DNA of 64,000 nt from an uncultured Planctomycetota bacterium (lineage in GTDB: Bacteria; Planctomycetota; Planctomycetia; Pirellulales; Pirellulaceae): the NCBI GenBank assembly GCA_963700515.1, contig CAVOXY010000056.1:11198-75197 (forward strand), given 5' to 3'. A program made the position numbers and the translations under genes. The notes under the pieces were generated by a model, which was not told where the DNA came from, searched no databases, and was given only the letters and a program-made list of their open reading frames with translations. Below are positions 51,871-63,059 of this stretch, piece after piece. How positions within the stretch are numbered: the first letter of the stretch is position 1; the number at the start of each line of letters is the position of its first letter.

Positions 51871-51946
51871 TTGGTTACTTGTTACTTGTTACTTGTTACT
51901 TGTGCACGTGTCATTCCGCATTCCGCATTCCGCATTCCGCATTCCC
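51871..51946. repeat. Composite heptamer module (GTTACTT)4 then (CATTCCG)4-CATTCCC-TATTCGTT
   Basis: Same module as 36904-36979 in the opposite orientation. It starts 4 nt after the permease stop. Confidence 0.95.
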
Positions 51947-52372
51947 TATTCGTTCCTGATGAGACCACCTGTGCGCGGTGCGAGTAAGACCGTAGGACGG
52001 GATCCCATCCCGTCCCAGCTCGCACGGCTATCTCGCTCCTACGGCACTTCTCCGGCAGACTCCGCAGGTGGGTGGAAAAGCTCGTCCAAGAGCCTGCCAG
52101 GTGCACTTTTTGCCGCCCCTGCGTAAACGTCCGTTTCCTGCCAATTTGCCTCCGCCCGGCTAGGCCCCAAGGGGCGCAGCGCAACGGGAACTGTCCCCCG
52201 ATTCACCACCGACTCGTTGCGGGTGGCGAAGCCAAGTCACGGACGGAGCGATCGCTACAATCCGATCATAAAATCTCCGGATTGTCACGATATCAGTGAT
52301 TTCACGCACCTCACGGGCGAAAAAAGTTTATGGTTTGGTGGACTCACGCCTTTGGGGAGAGGCGTCGTGTCA

Positions 52373-52431
52373 GCGGCGCGGCGGGGAAAAGCTGAGAGCT
52401 TGAGGGGACCCTGCCGCGCCTTATTTTTTTT
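52373..52431 (+). terminator. Candidate rho-independent terminator (+ strand)
   Basis: GCGGCGCGGCGGGG (52373-52386) pairs with CCCTGCCGCGCC (52409-52420, one mismatch), followed by TTATTTTTTTT. It overlaps the convergent amidase stop. Confidence 0.5.
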
Positions 52432-53722
52432 CTTGTAGAGCCACGCCTTCACACCACTGGGCCGCACGCAGCAGCGCTTCATCCTGGCCGTCGCGGGCGA
52501 TCAACTGCAGCCCGATCGGCAACCCCTCGGCCGACTTGCCGCAGGGGACAGTCATGGCGGGAAACCCGCAAAAGCTCCAGGGTGAATTGAACGACGGGTC
52601 ACCGGTCGTCTCACGCGGCGGCGGCGGAGTCGTTGTGGCGGGTGTCACCCAAATGGACGGTCCCTAGCCGAACGCTTGTCGCATCTCATCGATGAATTCC
52701 CTTCGATGTCGCAACGCGGCAGCGTAGTCAAGCGAGGAAGTGCGCAGGCCTTCTTCGATCAGCATGGCGATCCCCGGTGCGTATCGATCGCTCTGCCGCG
52801 CGTAGAGTGCGCGATGGTACCGGGCCAACTCCACCGCCATGATGCAGCGATGCTGAGCCAGCACTTCGTCGAACCGCGGGGGCAAGCGAACTGCTTCCAC
52901 CTGCGCACCAGCCGCGACTAACGAAGCCACTGCGGAATCGCAGCCTGAGATTAAAGACGGGTCGGCCCTCTCACGAAAGAACTCGGCAGCAACACCGAAT
53001 GTCGGCGGAGCCGTCTCGTCCAGCGCGCTGTCGTTGCCAAGCGGGGCGGATGCGATTCCCTCGACGGCAGTCCAGATCGGTCCCACATCTGCCACGTTGC
53101 GCACGAGCGGTCCTACATGATCCAAATGGACACTGACCGGTACGATCCCCTGCATGCTCCAGCGTCCCACGGTCGGTTTCAGCCCCACGACGCCACAATA
53201 CGCCGCCGGTCGCACAATCGAACCACCGGTTTGCGTGCCGAGTGCCGCGTAGCAGGAACCGGTCGCCACGGCCACAGCACTGCCACTGCTCGACCCGCCC
53301 GGAGTGCGGTGCGCGTCCCACGGGTTCACCGTCTCGGCCGGGTCAAAACAAGCGAACTGCGTCGTCACCGTCTTCCCGATCACGATCGCGCCGGCCGCTC
53401 GCAACCGTGCGACCACGGGCGCGTCCGTTTCGGCATCGCGCGCGTCGGTCAGCGGCGAACCGGCGCGAGTCGGCATGCCGGCCACATCGATGATGTCCTT
53501 GACACCCAGCGGGATCCCGTGCAACGGCCCGCGGTACGTGCCACGATGCAGCTCGCGTTCCAGCGATTCAGCCCTGCGCAAAGCCGCTTGGCCATCCACA
53601 TGCACCCAAGCATGCAGAGCCTGGTCGGTTTGCTCAATTCGCTGCAGACATTCGGCCACCAAGCTTTGTGGTGACACGCTGCCGACACGAATGGCCTCAG
53701 CGGCTTGAATGAGGGAAAGCAT
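52421..53722 (-). pseudogene. Amidase-signature family enzyme (GatA-like), one frameshift as read
   Basis: 52664..53722 has GPLHGIPLGVKDIIDVAGMPTRAGS and GGSSSGSAVAVATG...GTQTGGSIVRPAAYCG. The C-terminus is in 52421..52648 (FNSPWSFCGFPAMTVPCG...GLPIGLQLIA). The shift is near 52650-52670. Confidence 0.8.
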
Positions 53723-53724
53723 TG

Positions 53725-53785
53725 CTGGTGGTCACTGGTCACTGGTCATTGGTCATTGGTCACTGGTCACTGGTCACTGGCTATT
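53725..53785. repeat. Heptamer array (TGGTCAC/TGGTCAT)n, arm 1
   Basis: It abuts the amidase start codon (53722) and reads ACCAGTG/ACCAATG in the sense of that gene. Confidence 0.95.
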
Positions 53786-53942
53786 GACTTTGGTCTCCTA
53801 GGGTTCACTTCAGGACGATGGTGGAGGGAATTGATCAAGGGAATCGCATGTCGTCATTACGATCCAATTCCGTCCACGCGAGCGTCGCCGGAGTGGTGTG
53901 TGGGATGCGTCGCCGGCCACTGCCAGCGACACACCTGACATA

Positions 53943-54016
53943 GTGACCAATTGAAGCAATGACAAGTGACCAATGACCAATGACCAATGACCAATGACCA
54001 ATGACCAATGACCAAT
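53943..54016. repeat. Heptamer array (GACCAAT)n, arm 2
   Basis: Inverted relative to arm 1, with a 157-nt spacer. It lies just downstream of the leuD stop. Confidence 0.95.
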
Positions 54017-54038
54017 ACAGCGTACAACCTGCCGGCGG

Positions 54039-54650
54039 CTAACCGCTGACGATCCCCCGTTCTCGCTCGTACTGAGTGATTTTCTCCTCTTGCTGCAGCG
54101 TCACAGCGATATCATCGAGGCCCTCGAGGAGCGATTGTTGGCGGAACGGATCGATGGAGAAGCTGACATCCAGCTGCCCTGCGTCGGAGATACGACAGTT
54201 CTCCAGATCGATCAGCAGCTGGTATCCGGGCGTCTGGGCGACGAGTTGAAAGACCTGCTCAACCGTCTCCTCTGGCAGGCGAATGGGCAGCACGCCGTTC
54301 TTGAAGCAGTTGTTGTAGAAGATATCGGCAAAGCTGGGAGCAATCACCGCTCGCAATCCGTAGTCGGCCAAGGCCCACACCGCATGCTCACGGCTGGAAC
54401 CAGAACCGAAATTACGTCGCGAAACGAGGATCGATGCGCCCTGGTACTGCGGTTGATTCAGCTCGAACTCAGCGTTGTCGCTGCCATCTTCGTGGAATCG
54501 CCAATCGAAGAACAGAAACTGGCCGAACCCGGTCCGTTCGATCCGTTTGAGGAATTGCTTGGGAATAATCTGATCGGTATCGACGTTCGCTCGATCGAGC
54601 GTCGCCACCAGTCCACGATGTTTGCGGAACGGTTCCATGGTATTTTTCAC
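54039..54650 (-). CDS. leuD: 3-isopropylmalate dehydratase small subunit
   Basis: MEPFRKHRGLVATLDRANVDTDQIIPKQFLKRIERTGFGQFLFFDWRF...ILVSRRNFGSGSSREHAVWAL. The likely start is the ATG at 54638. Confidence 0.9.
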   Translation of the reverse strand: MKNTMEPFRKHRGLVATLDRANVDTDQIIPKQFLKRIERTGFGQFLFFDWRFHEDGSDNAEFELNQPQYQGASILVSRRNFGSGSSREHAVWALADYGLRAVIAPSFADIFYNNCFKNGVLPIRLPEETVEQVFQLVAQTPGYQLLIDLENCRISDAGQLDVSFSIDPFRQQSLLEGLDDIAVTLQQEEKITQYERERGIVSG

Positions 54651-54774
54651 CTACGTAGAACGGACTTCAGTCCGTTCCATGCGTTTGGTTGCGAGTTAAA
54701 TTCAGGATACGAAGAAGCAAGGGTCGAGCGTCCTCGGGATGGAGATCCTTTTCGCCAGCGGACTGCAGTCCGTG

Positions 54775-56164
54775 CTACGTATAGTTCCAAGCGCGGATGT
54801 CGACCAGGTGTCCGGTGATGGCGGCGGCGGCGGCCATGGCGGGGGAGACGAGGTGCGTGCGGCCACCTTTTCCCTGCCGGCCTTCGAAGTTGCGATTACT
54901 TGTCGAGGCACATCGTTCACCCGGTGCGAGCTTGTCCGGGTTCATGGCCAGGCACATACTGCACCCCGCTTCACGCCACTCAAAACCGGCCTCCCGAAAG
55001 ACGCGATGCAGGCCTTCATTTTCGGCTTGGGCTTTCACCGGAGCGCTGCCCGGCACGACCATGGCGCTCGACGTGCGGCGACACGTGGTGACCGCGGACG
55101 ACTGCCGCCGCGGCCCGCAGGTCCTCGATGCGCGAGTTGGTGCAGGAACCGATGAACACGCGGTCGATCGTGATATCGGTCATCGGAGTGCCGGGCTCCA
55201 ATCCCATGTACTGCAAGGCGTGGGCGGCCGATTTCCGCTGCGTCTCATCGGCGAAATCGGCGGGATCGGGCACTCGATCCACCACCGGCACGACCTGGCC
55301 GGGGTTCGTGCCCCACGTGACCTGAGGAGCGATCCGTGCGGCATCGAATTGGCGGACGATATCGTACTGTGCACCCTCATCGCTGGGCAGTTGCTCCCAC
55401 CGAGCGACCGCCGCATCGAAGTTGGCGGGTGCGTACTTGCGGGACTGCAGGTAGTCGAACGTGGTCTGATCGGGAGCGATCATGCCGGCGCGCGCCCCGG
55501 CCTCGATCGACATATTGCAGACCGTCATCCGCTCTTCCATGCTCAACGCCCGAATGGCGCTGCCGGTGTACTCGAGCACATAGCCCGTTCCGCCATCGGT
55601 CGTCAGCTGGCCGATCAAGTACAGGATCAGGTCCTTGGCGGTCACGCCGCGTGCGAGCAGGCCGTTGCAACGCAATTCCATGGTCCGCGGCTTGGATTGC
55701 AGCAGTGTCTGGGTCGCCAGCACGTGCTCGACTTCGCTGGTCCCGATGCCGAACGCCAGCGCCCCAAAGGCTCCGTGCGTGGCCGTGTGACTGTCGCCAC
55801 AGACGATCGTCATCCCGGGCTGCGTGTAACCCAGTTCGGGGCCAATCACGTGCACAATTCCCTGCTGTGGGTCGTTCAGATCGTACAGCCGGATCCCGAA
55901 CTGCTCACAGTTGTTGCGCAGCGTGTCGACCTGCTGGCGAGAAATCGGGTCCTCAATCGGCTTGTCCCGGTCGGTGGTCGGGATATTGTGGTCGGGCGTG
56001 GCAATCGTCAGTTTCGGACGTCGCACCTGACGGCCAGCCAGTCGCAGCCCCTCGAACGCCTGGGGACTGGTCACTTCGTGGACCAGGTGCAGGTCGATGT
56101 AGAGGATCGTCTGCTTGCCCGGTTCCGCGTGGACAACGTGGCTGTCCCAGATCTTCTGGAACAT
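54775..56164 (-). pseudogene. leuC: 3-isopropylmalate dehydratase large subunit, one frameshift as read
   Basis: [11 protein letters not shown]...[13 protein letters not shown]...[24 protein letters not shown] is in 55016..56194. The C-terminus [29 protein letters not shown] is in 54775..55062. The shift is near 55060-55090. Confidence 0.9.
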
Positions 56165-56285
56165 GGTACGCGGCAGAGAAGGCGGTGAAACCATCGGAGT
56201 ATCCGTCTAGAGCTAAAAGAATGAGTGCTGAGTTTGAGCCCCAAGTATAGTGGACTGACCGTAATTCAAGTAGGTGCGTTCGGCC

Positions 56286-57110
56286 ACGTAGCCACCCCCG
56301 TAGCTGAGCCCCGTAGCTGAGCCCGCCAGGGCTCAGCCGCAGCGCCACACGCCCTCGTAGCTGAGCCCGCCAGGGCTCAGCCGCAGCGCCACACGCCCTC
56401 GTAGCTGAGCCCGCCAGGGCTCAGCCGCAGCGCCACACGCCCTCGTAGCTGAGCCCGCCAGGGCTCAGCCGCAGCGCCACACACCCTCGTAGCTGAGCCC
56501 GCCCAGGGCTCAGCCGCAGCGCCACACGCCCTCGTAGCTGAGCCCGCCCAGGGCTCAGCCGCAGCGCCACACGCCCTCGTAGCTGAGCCCGCCAGGGCTC
56601 AGCCGCAGCGCCATACGCCCTCGTAGCTGAGCCCGCCCAGGGCTCAGCCGCAGGCCACCGCCCTCGTAGCGAGCCCGCCCAGGGCTCAGCCGCAGCGCCA
56701 CACGCCCTCGTAGCTGAGCCCGCCAGGGCTCAGCCGCAGCGCCATACGGCCGAACGCACCCGCTGAAGCCTGGGCGGCTTCAGCTACGACTTGATCCGTA
56801 TGCCGCTGCCGCTGAAGCCTCGGCGGCTTCAGCTACGTAGCTGAGCCCGCCGAGGGCTCACTTTTCTTTCCGAATATCACAATTCCGTGAGGGAATACTC
56901 CCCCTTTCCGTGATTCACTTGATGAAGACGTGTCGTAGCTGAGCCCGCCAAGGGCTCAGCTGAAGCGCGGACCATCACACCGCCGACTCTGAAGCCTGGC
57001 GGCTTCAGCTACGTGCGTCTGAAGCCTGGCGGCTTCAGCTACGTGCGTCTGAAGCCTGGCGGCTTCAGCTACGTGTGTCTGAAGCCTGGCGGCTTCAGCT
57101 ACGTGTGTGG
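56286..57110. repeat. REP family-2 arrays (left flank of RAYT-like gene): 44-bp units, mixed units, then 33-bp units
   Basis: CGTAGCTGAGCCCGCCAGGGCTCAGCCGCAGCGCCACACGCCCT has a 44-bp period (GCGCCACACG at 56341, 56385, 56429...). TCTGAAGCCTGGCGGCTTCAGCTACGTG.G occurs x4 at 56990-57115. Each unit contains a 9-bp-stem hairpin. Confidence 0.9.
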
Positions 57111-57728
57111 ATGACCTCCGCAGGGTTCACTACTAACGGAGATTGTCCAGTGAATCAACGAAAACACAGTTACCTAAAACGATTACCTGCCCAATACTAC
57201 AGGGGACATGCGTATGTCCATTGGTCAATGACGATGGAAGACCGATCCACAGGCTGGCTCACGCAGGGTTTTCACAACTGCTTTCGTGAGATCTTGATTC
57301 ACACGCTATTCCGTCACGCGATCACGTGCCCGATCTATTGCTGCATGCCGGACCATATTCACCTGTTATGGATGGGAATCCTGGAGAGCTCAGACCAACG
57401 CACGGGAATGCAGTTTCTCCGAAAGCATTTGAATCGAGAACTTGAAGAACTGGGGATGCGCCTACAATCGCAGCCATATGATCGTGTTCTGAAAAATGGA
57501 AGCAGAAACGAGAAATCCATTGAAGATCTTGTCGAGTACATCGCACGTAACCCAGAACGGAAAGGGTTGGTTCCGCCAGATCGATACCGCGATTATGCAT
57601 TCACCGGCGCCATCGTCCCAGGGTATCCCGAACTGAGAATATGGGACGACAGATACTGGGACCGCTTCTGGGCCACATATTCGTATTTGCGCAAGAACGG
57701 TCTGTTGCGATTGGCAGCTTCTTCGTAG
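57111..57728 (+). CDS. RAYT-like Y1 (HUH) transposase-family protein
   Basis: HUH motif MPDHIHLLWMG. C-terminal VEYIARNPERKGLV is the typical Y-I-x-x-N-P motif of REP-associated tyrosine transposases. The tracked start at 57075 lies in a REP unit, so the ATG at 57111 is preferred. The stop TAG is part of a CGTAGCTGAGCCC unit. Confidence 0.6.
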   Translation: MTSAGFTTNGDCPVNQRKHSYLKRLPAQYYRGHAYVHWSMTMEDRSTGWLTQGFHNCFREILIHTLFRHAITCPIYCCMPDHIHLLWMGILESSDQRTGMQFLRKHLNRELEELGMRLQSQPYDRVLKNGSRNEKSIEDLVEYIARNPERKGLVPPDRYRDYAFTGAIVPGYPELRIWDDRYWDRFWATYSYLRKNGLLRLAASS

Positions 57729-58336
57729 CTGAGCCCGCCGAGGGCTCAGCTGATCCGCGATCCGTATGCTGCTGCTGCTGAAGCCTCGGCGGCTTCAGCT
57801 ACGGCGATCCGTAGGCTGCTGCTGCTGAAGCCTCGGCGGCGTCAGCTACGGCTTGATCCGTAGGCTGCTGCTGCTGAAGCCTCGGCGGCGTCAGCTACGG
57901 CTTGATCCGTAGGCTGCTGCTGCTGAAGCCTCGGCGGCGTCAGCTACGGCTTGATCCGTAGGCCGCTGCTGCTGAAGCCTGGGCGGCTTCAGCTACGGCG
58001 TGATCCGTAGGCCGCTGCTGCTGAAGCCTCGGCGGCTTCAGCTACGGCTTGATCCGTAGGCCGCTGCTGCTGAAGCCTCGGCGGCGTCAGCTACGGCTTG
58101 ATCCGTAGGCCGCTGCTGCTGAAGCCTCGGCGGCTTCAGCTACGGCGTGATCCGTAGGCCGCTGCTGCTGAAGCCTCGGCGGCGTCAGCTACGACGCGAT
58201 CCGTAGGCCGCTGCTGCTGAAGCCTCGGCGGCTTCAGCTACGACTTGATCCGTATGCCGCTGCTGCTGAAGCCTCGGCGGCTTCAGCTACGACTTGATCC
58301 GTAGGCCGCTGCCGCTGATGCCTGGCGACTTCAGCC
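57723..58336. repeat. REP family-2 array (right flank): about 11 units with a 49-50-bp period
   Basis: GCTGAAGCCTCGGCGGC(G/T)TCAGCTACGGC.TGATCCGTAGGC.GCTGCT units (GTCAGCTACG at 57841, 57890...). The hairpin is GCTGAAGCC/GGCTTCAGC. Confidence 0.9.
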
Positions 58337-59945
58337 CACCAGGTGGAGGCCTTGGCATGCGACCACCGTGGAGCATGTTCACATTGCTCCAGCGCCTGAG
58401 CCAATTCGGTAGCAGCGGCAAAGCGATCGTCAGGTGATTTAGCCAGGCAGCGCATGACGACCGCTTCCAGGTCCGCGGGAATGTCCGGCTGGATCAGCGA
58501 CAGCGCCGGCGGCTGGCGTTGAGCATGGGCCACGAGGATCTTGATCGGCTGCGTCCCCTCAAAGGGAGGCCGGCCGCTCAGCAAATAATAGGCCACGACA
58601 CCCAACGAATAGATATCGCTACGTTCATCCGGCTCACTGTCCCCGGTCGCCTGCTCGGGAGACATGAACAGCGGTGAACCGGTGATCGAGCCGTCGTGAG
58701 TCAAATCGGGCGACTCGAAACTACCTACCGGTTTGACCATGCCGAAGTCCAAGAGCTTCGCCACGTCGTATACGTTCCCACGCTGCGCGGCGAAGATATT
58801 GGCCGGCTTGATATCGCGGTGAATCAACCCCATCGCATGAGCTTCCGATAACGCTTCACAAGTCTGCCGCAACAGGAAGATCACGCGTTCGGGCGGCAAC
58901 GGCCCATAACGGGTCACCAGTTCGGCCAGCGAGAGTCCGGGGAGATATTCCATGACGTAATAGAACGTACCATCGGCCGCTCGACCATAATCAAAGATGT
59001 CGATACTGTTCCAGTGCGAGAGCTTGGCCGTGGCGCGGACTTCACGTTCGAATCGTGCCAGCGTGCGTGGGTCACCAGCTTTTTCCGGCCGAATCACCTT
59101 GATCGCGACCGGCCGCTTCATCAGTTGATGCTCGGCCAGGTACACCTCCCCCATCCCGCCGCCACCAAGTCTTTCACCGAGCTTATACTGCCCCAATTGC
59201 TTCGCCTCAAAGGCCTCGAGACGCAGCGCGTTGATCGTATAAACTCCGATCACGGAAACCACTGCGCTGACCAGCATGATCAGAGCGCCTGACGCCATCG
59301 CCCACCAATCAGCCACAATCAGTTCGGCGCACAAGCTGTCGGTCGCCCAGAGGACGACAGTCAAAACGATGGGAGAGAGCGCCATCGCCCCGACCACCAC
59401 AGCTGCTCGTCGCCATGTATTGGGAATGAACATCGCGTAGGTATAGATCAGCATCAACCAGGGCGCATTGGGCGCGGCAGCATGTTATCCCGCACCGCAC
59501 ACTCGCGCATCATGGTGTACTGGAAGGCAAAAAAGAACACGGCAGGCGACCCGAATATCAACAGCTCTTCAATGCGGAGCGTCCGGCCGCTCGAGTCGCA
59601 GGTCCGGCAGAGCGGCATGGCGGAACTGAGCAATACCAGAAACACGACGAGCTGGCCGAAGAACGTGCCGTCTATGGCGACCGGCGATGTAACGAAGAAC
59701 GCCGCAATCACACGCCAGACAATGAAGACGCCGAACCCCAACGCCAACGCCAAGGCGGCCACGCGCAGCCGCGACCGTAGCAGGACCCGCGTTTCCCGCG
59801 TCAGCTCGGCACCGCTCCCCTCAACCAGCCGGACATACGGCCCATGCAGCGCCGGCGACACTTCCGCCGAGATACCCGCTTGACTGACGTCCCACGTTTC
59901 GTCATTCGGCCCCAGCTGGTGAGGCCCCTCTTTCATGCTATCCAT
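58234..59945 (-). pseudogene. Membrane-anchored Ser/Thr protein kinase (Hanks type), one frameshift as read; last ~30 codons encoded by REP units
   Basis: 59454..59945 has the N-terminal TM region. 58234..59457 has further TM helices, then LGGGGMGEVYLAEH, VAIKVI, HRDIKPANIF, DFGMVK and SPEQA. The shift is near 59457-59480. Confidence 0.85.
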
Positions 59946-60128
59946 GCGTCCGGCTCGTTAGGTAATCTCCCTCAAGTCAGCCCAGTCAGTACGCTCTGTC
60001 ATCCTACACAGTTCATCCCGCCCAGGCCAACCGGCTAACAACCACACCACAGAGGGGAACAAGACCAGCCGCTCGCTCGAAGTGAGTCGTGGGAACGTCC
60101 TGAGAACGCATGCGAAATGGAGTGCTCA

Positions 60129-60218
60129 CAAGTAACAAGTAACAAGTAACAAGACAATGACCAATGACCAATGACAGACAATGACCAATGACCAATGACC
60201 AATGACCAATGACCAACG
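60129..60218. repeat. Heptamer arrays (AAGTAAC)3 then (AATGACC)n
   Basis: Read directly. They lie directly downstream (minus sense) of the epimerase stop. Confidence 0.95.
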
Positions 60219-60223
60219 ACGAC

Positions 60224-61234
60224 TCACACACCGAAATACTCGCGATACCACTGCACAAAGCGCTCGATTCCGACTTCAATCGGTGTGGCGGGGCGGAAAC
60301 CGACATCGCGTATGAGATCATCGACGTCGGCGTACGTAGCGGGCACGTCGCCCGGTTGCATGGGGAGCAGGTTCTTCTCGGCGGTCTTTCCCAGTGCCTT
60401 CTCCAGCGTCGCAATGAAATGCTCCAATTCCACCGGCTGATTGTTCCCGATGTTGTAAATGCGATACGGAGCTCGACTGGTTCCCGGGTCCCCGTGGTCC
60501 CCCGACCATGCCGAGTTAGTGGTGGGAATGTGATCGGTCACGCGGACCACACCTTCCACGATATCGTCGATGAACGTGAAGTCGCGGCGCATCTTGCCGT
60601 GATTGAACACGTCGATCGGTCGGCCCTCGAGGATCGCCTTGGTAAAGAGGAAGAGCGCCATATCCGGGCGTCCCCAGGGCCCGTAAACCGTAAAGAAACG
60701 CAAGCCCGTGGTGGGCAGTTCATAGAGATGGCTGTAGGTGTGTGCCATCAGTTCGTTCGCCTTCTTCGTCGCGGCGTACAGGCTGACCGGGTGGTCCACG
60801 TTGTGGTGGATCGAGAACGGCATCTTCGTGTTCGCTCCGTACACGCTGCTCGACGAGGCATAGACGAGATGTTTGACACCCGAGTGGCGACAGCCCTCCA
60901 GGATATTGACGAATCCCACCAGATTACTGTCCACGTAGGCATGCGGATTCTCCAGGGAATAACGCACGCCTGCCTGAGCGGCCAGATTGACCACCTTGTC
61001 GAACTTCTCCCGCTGGAACAGTTTTCCAATGGCTCCGCGATCGGCCAGTTCCATTTCCTGAAAGCTGAACCCCAATACGGATGTCAGCTTCGCCAGGCGA
61101 TCCCGTTTCAACTGCACATCGTAGTAGTTGTTCAGGTTATCCAGCCCGACCACGGTGTCCCCCCGCTGCAGAAGCCGGTGGCTGAGGTGAAAACCGATGA
61201 AGCCGGCGGCGCCGGTGACCAGGATATGTGCCAT
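60224..61234 (-). CDS. NAD-dependent nucleotide-sugar epimerase (UDP-glucuronate 4-epimerase-like, SDR family)
   Basis: The ATG at 61234 gives [47 protein letters not shown]...ASSSSVYG...YAATKKANE. The specific substrate is inference. Confidence 0.8.
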   Translation of the reverse strand: MAHILVTGAAGFIGFHLSHRLLQRGDTVVGLDNLNNYYDVQLKRDRLAKLTSVLGFSFQEMELADRGAIGKLFQREKFDKVVNLAAQAGVRYSLENPHAYVDSNLVGFVNILEGCRHSGVKHLVYASSSSVYGANTKMPFSIHHNVDHPVSLYAATKKANELMAHTYSHLYELPTTGLRFFTVYGPWGRPDMALFLFTKAILEGRPIDVFNHGKMRRDFTFIDDIVEGVVRVTDHIPTTNSAWSGDHGDPGTSRAPYRIYNIGNNQPVELEHFIATLEKALGKTAEKNLLPMQPGDVPATYADVDDLIRDVGFRPATPIEVGIERFVQWYREYFGV

Positions 61235-61454
61235 GTCGGGAACCTGTTTCGGGGCGAAAAAGACCACACAATCCGCAGAACCGGCCAACGCGGCTCGCAG
61301 TCATCCAATCCATATGCACTAACTAACGATTACGCAAATTCTACCTCGGTAGGGTGGCAAATTTCTGTCCCCTGGCCTACCGTAACGAATGCATTTTCTG
61401 CACCCATGTTATAGTAATACGATACGTTCCAGGCGTCCAAGGGCTGGATGGATT

Positions 61455-61625
61455 CGTAGCGGAAGCCGCCAAGACGTAGCTGAAGCCGCCAAGGCTTCAG
61501 CGTGAAGCCGCCAAGGCTTCAGCAAGGGAAGGGCTGCACACACGCCGACGCGGCTGAACCCTGGCGGGTCCAGCTACGGGGCCGGGCCGACGCGGCTGAA
61601 CCCTGGCGGGTCCAGCTACGGGGGC
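61455..61625. repeat. Dispersed REP family-2-like hairpin units
   Basis: CGTAGCTGAAGCCGCCAAGGCTTCAGC, GTGAAGCCGCCAAGGCTTCAGC, and GCCGACGCGGCTGAACCCTGGCGGGTCCAGCTACGGGG x2. Confidence 0.8.
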
Positions 61626-61683
61626 GGGGGAAGATTCGTGCGAATCAAGAAGACCGAGACACAGAGAGAGACAGAGGAAAGGC

Positions 61684-63021
61684 ATGAGTACTGCAATTCA
61701 GACGACCCATCCGTTAATGGCTGCGATCGAGAACAAGACCGCCATCGTGGGGATCATGGGGCTCGGCTACGTTGGCTTGCCATTGGTGCAAGCGTTCATG
61801 GCTGCCGGCTACAAGACCATGGGGTTTGATGTCGATCAGCGGAAGGTCGACATGCTGCTGCAGGGGAAGAGCTACATTGGGCACATCAAGGGCGACTGGA
61901 TTGCGGGATGCATCGAAGACAAGAAATTCTTACCGACGGCCGACATGACCCGTCTGGCGGAAGCGGACGCGATCTTGATTTGTGTGCCGACTCCGCTGAG
62001 TGACAGCCGCGACCCGGACTTGTCTTACGTGGAGGCCACCACGCGGATGGCGGCCGAAACGCTGCGTCCAGGACAATTGGTGGTGCTCGAGAGCACGACT
62101 TATCCGGGAACGACGCGGGACGTCATGCTCCCCATCCTGGAGGCTTCCGGTTTGAAACCGGGCGAGGATTTCTTCCTGGCCTACAGCCCCGAGCGTGAAG
62201 ATCCCGGCAATATTGACTTCTCGGCCAGCGGCATTCCGAAAGTGGTCGGAGGCCTGGATCCGTTGAGCCTGCAGCTGGCCACCGCCTTGTACTCGCAGGC
62301 CGTGGTGCGCACCGTACCGGTCTCGACGTGTGAAGTAGCGGAAGCCTGCAAGATTCTGGAAAACACGTACCGCTCGGTGAACATTGCCATGGTCAACGAA
62401 CTGAAGGTACTGTTTGACCGCATCGGTATCGATGTGTGGGAAGTGATCGAGGCGGCCAAGACGAAGCCATTCGGCTTCCAGGCGTTCTATCCCGGTCCGG
62501 GACTCGGCGGACACTGCATTCCAATCGACCCGTTCTACTTGAGTTGGGTGGCACGAAAACACGAGATGCCCACGCGGTTCATCGAATTGGCCGGCGAGAT
62601 CAATACATCGATGCCGAAATACGTGGTCACTCGGACCATGGAAGCCTTAAATAACGTCGGCAAACCCATGCGTGACAGCAAGATTGGAATCCTGGGCGTC
62701 GCTTACAAAAGGGACGTGGATGACCCGCGTGAAAGCCCGTCGTTCAAGCTGATGGAACTGTACCAGGCGGCCGGAGCGGTCCTGAGCTACAACGATCCTC
62801 ACATTCCCACACTGCCGTCCATGCGCCACTACGATGTGCCTCGACTGGCCAGCGAGCCCTTGACGCCCGAATACCTGGCGTCGCTCGATTGCGTCGTGAT
62901 CGCCACCGATCACTCCGCCTACGACTGGGATTTCATCGTCCGCTACGCTCCCCTGGTCATCGACACGCGCAACGCCACCAAGAACGTGACAGCTGCACGC
63001 AAAAAGATCTGGAAAGCGTAA
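61684..63021 (+). CDS. Nucleotide-sugar dehydrogenase (UDP-GlcNAc/ManNAc 6-dehydrogenase-like; WbpA/TviB/WecC group)
   Basis: 445 aa. IVGIMGLGYVGLPLVQAF, ESTTYPGTTRD, AYSPEREDPGN, CKILENTYRSVNIAMVNEL and GGHCIPIDP (catalytic Cys). Confidence 0.85.
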   Translation: MSTAIQTTHPLMAAIENKTAIVGIMGLGYVGLPLVQAFMAAGYKTMGFDVDQRKVDMLLQGKSYIGHIKGDWIAGCIEDKKFLPTADMTRLAEADAILICVPTPLSDSRDPDLSYVEATTRMAAETLRPGQLVVLESTTYPGTTRDVMLPILEASGLKPGEDFFLAYSPEREDPGNIDFSASGIPKVVGGLDPLSLQLATALYSQAVVRTVPVSTCEVAEACKILENTYRSVNIAMVNELKVLFDRIGIDVWEVIEAAKTKPFGFQAFYPGPGLGGHCIPIDPFYLSWVARKHEMPTRFIELAGEINTSMPKYVVTRTMEALNNVGKPMRDSKIGILGVAYKRDVDDPRESPSFKLMELYQAAGAVLSYNDPHIPTLPSMRHYDVPRLASEPLTPEYLASLDCVVIATDHSAYDWDFIVRYAPLVIDTRNATKNVTAARKKIWKA

Positions 63022-63059
63022 GGCTCGATCGAGCCTCAATCGGTTCATCTGCCGCGAAC

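Noticed and set aside
56286-58336. CRISPR array hypothesis for the regularly spaced hairpin repeats (and likewise for 26050-29022)
   Set aside because: The units are contiguous tandem copies with near-identical inter-hairpin sequence and no unique spacers. The periods (33, 44 and 49-50 bp) equal the whole unit. No cas genes are present, and a Y1 transposase-like gene sits in the middle, which fits REP/RAYT instead.
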